Below, piece after piece: positions 23,669 through 27,512 of a DNA stretch of 27,512 nt (position 1 is the stretch's first letter; the number at the start of each line of letters is the position of its first letter). The notes under the pieces were generated by a model. The model saw only the letters and a program-made list of their open reading frames with translations. It made no database searches and was not told where the DNA came from. A program made the position numbers and the translations under genes. Source of the DNA: a virus (lineage: Duplodnaviria; Caudoviricetes); IMG/VR virus record IMGVR_UViG_3300037657_000253, positions 1 to 27,512 of that record. The stretch is one strand, 5' to 3'.

Positions 23669-24874
23669 ATGCGCGACCTGCCCAGAATACCGCTGCCCAC
23701 CGAAGCCTCGTCCGCCGAGCTGGCCAAGCTCCCGGCGCCGCTCCGGCGCGAGGCGCTGTTCTCGGCGCGCATGAACCGCCTCGGCCCGCTGGTCGCGGCG
23801 GGCGCCAAGATCAAGGGCATCCTCGACGGCACGGTCTCCATGAGCGACGCCCGCAAGGAGATCCGCGAGGCGCTCGACGCGGCGGGCTACGTCCCCCCGG
23901 AGGGCGCCGAGGGCGGCCTGCGCGACCACCGCAGCAAGGCCCGGCTCGACTTGATCCTCACCCAGAACGTGCGCAAGGCCCGCGGCTACGCGCGCCGCGA
24001 GGCCGACATGGAGATCCTCGACGACTGGCCCGCCCAGGAGCTGGTCCGCCTCTTCCAGCGCAAGGCCGCCCGCGACTGGGGCCAGCGCTGGACCGCCGCG
24101 GGCGGGCGGCTGTACGGCGGGCGCATGATCGCGATCAAGACCGATCCGATATGGGCCGCGATCTCCCGCTTCTCCGAGCCCTACCCTCCCTTCGACTACG
24201 GCAGCGGTATGGGCCTGCGCGACATCGACCGCGGGGAGGCGGAGAAGCTCGGGCTGATCGGCCCGGACGACGTGCTCACGCCCGAGGAGCCGGAATACCC
24301 CGAGGTCCGCGAGGCGAACATGCCCGGCGTCGACCGCATGCCGGAGCTTCAGGCGGCGGTGGAGAAGGCCATGGGCGGCGGCGCGTCCTTCGACGGCCCC
24401 GTGCTGCGCTTCCCGACCCGGCCGGCCGTCTCCGGATCCGCGGGCTCGCCCGAGTCCCTCGGGCTGCCCGGCCTGGCCCCGGCCTCGGTATCGCGCACGC
24501 CTCCGGCCGTGCGCCCCGAGGAGGCCCTCGCGCTGATCCGGCGCGGCGCGGCCGCCACCGCGGACCCGGACGGCAACAAGGCGGAGATCGACGCGGAGAC
24601 CGTCGCGCACTGGCAGAGGAACAAGCCCGGCGAGACCCGCCGCCGGCTCGCGACCATCCGCCGCGCCTTCGACGCCGTGCGCGAGCCTCAGGAGACCTGG
24701 GAGCGCAAGGGCCGGAAGTACTACCTCAAAGCGACGGCCGACAAGGACGGCCGCATGACGCACACCTACGTCATCGTTAAAGACGGCAGGGTGGAGACGT
24801 GGGTCAGCAGCTCCAAGGCCGGGACGGCCGAGAACAAGCGGGGCGGGAACCTGCTGCAGAGGCAGGGCGAATAA
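23669..24874 (+). CDS. MuF (gp30-like) head morphogenesis protein with C-terminal PBECR-like nuclease domain
   Basis: ALFSAR, RLDLILTQNV, DPIW and YPPFDYGSGM are MuF-type motifs. A Pro-rich linker leads to C-terminal DPDG...H...R...EPQETW...YYLK...KRGGNLL. Confidence 0.75.
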   Translation: MRDLPRIPLPTEASSAELAKLPAPLRREALFSARMNRLGPLVAAGAKIKGILDGTVSMSDARKEIREALDAAGYVPPEGAEGGLRDHRSKARLDLILTQNVRKARGYARREADMEILDDWPAQELVRLFQRKAARDWGQRWTAAGGRLYGGRMIAIKTDPIWAAISRFSEPYPPFDYGSGMGLRDIDRGEAEKLGLIGPDDVLTPEEPEYPEVREANMPGVDRMPELQAAVEKAMGGGASFDGPVLRFPTRPAVSGSAGSPESLGLPGLAPASVSRTPPAVRPEEALALIRRGAAATADPDGNKAEIDAETVAHWQRNKPGETRRRLATIRRAFDAVREPQETWERKGRKYYLKATADKDGRMTHTYVIVKDGRVETWVSSSKAGTAENKRGGNLLQRQGE

Positions 24875-24989
24875 AAAAGGAAGACCGGGGGGAACCCGCC
24901 CCCCCGATCAACTCGCCCGGTCATCGCCGACGGAGGCCACCGGGCGGCCACAGAAGTCAAGTGTAGCAAACCGACGGGGAGGGCGCAAC

Positions 24990-25634
24990 ATGAAGGTCGA
25001 GGTCTGGGGCGAAGACGAGGCCAAAGAGGCCATAGGCGAGGTGATGGCGGCGATGGCCGACAAGCCCGCGCTGCACAGGCAAATCGCGCTCAAAGCCGTG
25101 CCCGTCGTCAGCAACTGGCTGAAGGACCGCGACGGCAAGATCAAGCACCGCCCCGGCTGGCCCCGCACGGGCTACTGGGCGACCGCTGGCGAGTCCACGC
25201 GGGCGGAGTCCGACGCGGACGCCGCGTGGGTCATCGTCGATGGCGGCGACGCGAAGGGAGTCGGCCTGCACCTGCGCGGCGGCACCGTCAAGTCCTCGCG
25301 CCCCGGCGGCAAACTCGCCATCCCGCTGCGCGCCGAGCTTTTCGACATGAACCCGCGCGAACGGTTCCCCGACCGCAAGGACGCCTTCGTGCTCGCCTCC
25401 AAGGGGCGCGGCCCGTCCGGACGCGCCTTCCTCGCCTACAGGGAAAAGGGCGGCGCCCTGCGCCTGGCCTACCTCCTGCTCTCCAGCGTCACGATCGACG
25501 CCGACCCTACCGTGCTGCCGCCCTCCGACCGGCTGGCCGAGGTCGCCCGCAAGGCCTGCATAGCCTATGTCCGCAAGGCCGCCAAACAGGTCTCCGGCGC
25601 GGCCATCCGCACCGGGCCGAAAGGCCCGAAATGA
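24990..25634 (+). CDS. Virion morphogenesis protein (Mu gpG-like)
   Basis: Follows MuF. LHLRGGTVK...KLAIPL...LLSSVTI pattern. Confidence 0.65.
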   Translation: MKVEVWGEDEAKEAIGEVMAAMADKPALHRQIALKAVPVVSNWLKDRDGKIKHRPGWPRTGYWATAGESTRAESDADAAWVIVDGGDAKGVGLHLRGGTVKSSRPGGKLAIPLRAELFDMNPRERFPDRKDAFVLASKGRGPSGRAFLAYREKGGALRLAYLLLSSVTIDADPTVLPPSDRLAEVARKACIAYVRKAAKQVSGAAIRTGPKGPK

Positions 25635-26029
25635 GTGCCGTCTCCCTCACCATCACGCCGTCCGCCGGCTCGGCCTACACGCTGGCCCAGTCCCCCGGGC
25701 GGCTCCAGGACGGCACGCCGCTCGGGCCGGACAACATGGACTTCCGCACCGACAAGGGCACGCTCGACCGCGAGCCGATCGGCGCGGACGGCGTCGAGAC
25801 CGAGGCGGTCGGCTGCGACCGCCGCGTCCTGACCTTCTCGGTCCAGCGCGTCTACGCGTCCGCCTCCGCGGCCCTGACGGGCTTCGCGGGCCTGGAGGCG
25901 GCATGCCCGTCCAAGGGAGCGATCGCGCTCGGCGGCTCCACGCTCATCGCGGCGGCCACGCTCCGCAGCCTCGCCGCCCGGCTGAAGGGCCGCAACGTCT
26001 CGGCGGTCTACACCTTCGAGGGCTACTGA
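25631..26029 (+). CDS. Hypothetical tail protein (132 aa)
   Basis: ATGA overlap at 25631 (MSAVSLTITPS...), beta-rich, upstream of the tape-measure-like gene. Confidence 0.55.
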   Translation: MSAVSLTITPSAGSAYTLAQSPGRLQDGTPLGPDNMDFRTDKGTLDREPIGADGVETEAVGCDRRVLTFSVQRVYASASAALTGFAGLEAACPSKGAIALGGSTLIAAATLRSLAARLKGRNVSAVYTFEGY

Positions 26030-26030
26030 T

Positions 26031-27512
26031 ATGAAAGCCGACAGAGAGGTCAAGATCGGTTTCACGACCGAGCACGACGGGCGCGGCGCGGACGAGGCGA
26101 ACAAGAAGATCGACGAGACCAAGAAGAAGGCCGGCGAGGCGGCGGGCGGCTTCGGCAAGCTCGGCCAGTCGATCACCCTGGTCAAGGGCGTGATGGAAAA
26201 GGTCAACGCGGTCTTCATGGGGCTGGGAATCATCGGCGTCATTACGACGGCCGTCAACCTCGTCAGGCAGCTCCACGAGTGGATCAACAAATCCAAGACT
26301 CGCACCGCGGAGCTGGCCGAGGAGGCGAAGAAGGCCGCCGAAGTCAAGGCGGTCGAGGCTCTGTCCGACCAGTACAAGAGACTCTCGGACAACATCAAGC
26401 TCGCGCGGGATGCGGCCGAGGACATGCGCAAAATATCCGACATCCACCTCGGCAACATGCGGGGGCTTGAGGACGCGCAGTCGGCACTCGACGAGGATAA
26501 TGAGATCGGGGAAGTCAAGAAGGACGACCCCGACAAAGCCGTCAAAGAGGACGCGATCCGGAAGAAGTACGCGCGGCGGCGAGCGCTCACCGCCGTCTCG
26601 CGCAAAAAAGAGGATCTCGTCTTTGACCGCCAAGAGCTGCTGGCGGACGCGGCCGCAGCCGAGGCTGAAGCCGAAGAGAGAGAGTCGGCGCTGTCAGACG
26701 ACGACGCGCTGGCCGACAAGACGCGGAGGCGGCTCGCCATGGAAAGGCAGCGCTCCAATGCGAAAAAACCCTCGCGGCTGAAACTCGCCGTTTCGACGGC
26801 CGGGCTGGCCGGACGTTTGGCGTCCGAGGCTCTCCCTGATATGGTCGATGACGTGGAGGTCCAGGATAAGGCGCGGAAGGAAATCCCGGTGCTGGAGGAA
26901 AGGCTGAAGAAACTGGAGGACGGCATCGCGGCCAAAGAGGGCGAGATCGCGGCGGCGCGGCGCAAGGCGGAGTCCGGACGAAAGACGGCCGCCGCGCTGG
27001 GCGGAGGCTTCGAGGCGCTCTCCGTCGCGCAAAAGTTCGAGGACAAGTCCGGACGGCGCGGCATGTCCGAAGCGCAAGACGCGATCGACAAGGCCGCCGC
27101 CGAGCGCGAGCGCGAGCGCCGCGACCTGGAGCAGGCCCGCCGCGACAAGGCCGCCGCCGAAGCGCGCAAGGGCCACCTGGAGGCGGGCCTGTCGGCCGCC
27201 AAAGGCGCGGCGGACACGGAGAGCCAGGAGGCGTGGCGCGCCCGCAACGCGCTCGACGCGCACGAGTCCAGCAGGCCCTCCGGCGGCGGCGGCAAAAAGT
27301 ACGCCGATGCCGGGCGCGCGCTTCAGGCCGCATGGGAGCGCGAGCAGGCCGAGGCCAACGCCGCGGTCAGGGCCGCGGAAACGCTCGGCGAGGCCACCGC
27401 CAAGAGCATGGAGACGGTGAACGGCATCCTCTCCAAATCAGCCTCGAGGATCAAGGCGATCGAGGCCAAGTTCAACAAAGACGCCTACGGCGACAACGGG
27501 ACGGGGGGCTGA
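26031..27512 (+). CDS. Tape-measure-like coiled-coil protein
   Basis: MKADREVKIGFTT N-terminus, one hydrophobic segment (FMGLGIIGVITTAV) and long Ala/Glu/Lys helices. The stop codon is at the window end. Confidence 0.6.
   Translation: MKADREVKIGFTTEHDGRGADEANKKIDETKKKAGEAAGGFGKLGQSITLVKGVMEKVNAVFMGLGIIGVITTAVNLVRQLHEWINKSKTRTAELAEEAKKAAEVKAVEALSDQYKRLSDNIKLARDAAEDMRKISDIHLGNMRGLEDAQSALDEDNEIGEVKKDDPDKAVKEDAIRKKYARRRALTAVSRKKEDLVFDRQELLADAAAAEAEAEERESALSDDDALADKTRRRLAMERQRSNAKKPSRLKLAVSTAGLAGRLASEALPDMVDDVEVQDKARKEIPVLEERLKKLEDGIAAKEGEIAAARRKAESGRKTAAALGGGFEALSVAQKFEDKSGRRGMSEAQDAIDKAAAERERERRDLEQARRDKAAAEARKGHLEAGLSAAKGAADTESQEAWRARNALDAHESSRPSGGGGKKYADAGRALQAAWEREQAEANAAVRAAETLGEATAKSMETVNGILSKSASRIKAIEAKFNKDAYGDNGTGG

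Larger units (their letters stand above)
1..27512 (+). mobile_element. Mu-like transposable prophage or phage genome (internal part; ends not seen)
   Basis: Adjacent MuA-like transposase and MuB-like ATPase, followed by Mu-type late genes (gp25-29-like, protease/scaffold, capsid, gp36/37-like, MuF, gpG-like). Nearly all genes are on + with ATGA/GTGA overlaps. Confidence 0.95.

Noticed and set aside
775-27333. Numerous long minus-strand and alternate-frame ORFs in the track (e.g. 10190..11776, 25565..27295, 16892..18790)
   Set aside because: They are shadow ORFs of high-GC3 genes: Arg/Pro/Ala-rich, without RBS or motifs, and fully overlapping well-supported + strand genes.
1-27512. Mu ends (TG...CA with transposase-binding sites)
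   Set aside because: Both window edges fall within phage genes, and no host junction is visible.

Overview
High-GC window almost entirely occupied by the co-directional (+ strand) body of a Mu-like transposable (pro)phage. Neither phage end is visible. Layout: early switch (divergent partial ORF, promoter, Cro/Ner-like HTH genes, small early ORFs); MuA-like transposase and MuB-like AAA ATPase; DUF3164-like and HTH_17 genes; a self-contained antirepressor cassette (own promoter, C4-like antisense RNA with both target pairs, small ORF, Bro-N protein, triple hairpin); the Mu-type packaging and head module (gp25/26/27-like, TerL, portal, protease with embedded scaffold, decoration protein, major capsid, gp36/37-like); and an internally duplicated tail tube protein. 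A ~5.4 kb block of mostly signal-peptide, lipoprotein or membrane genes then sits inside the late operon, followed by a displaced MuF protein with a C-terminal nuclease-like domain, a gpG-like gene and a short tape-measure-like gene. Several families of 7-8 bp tandem repeats mark gene junctions. All family assignments come from motif recognition and synteny, not database searches. A PVC-group host (Kiritimatiellota/Verrucomicrobiota-like) is only a guess.
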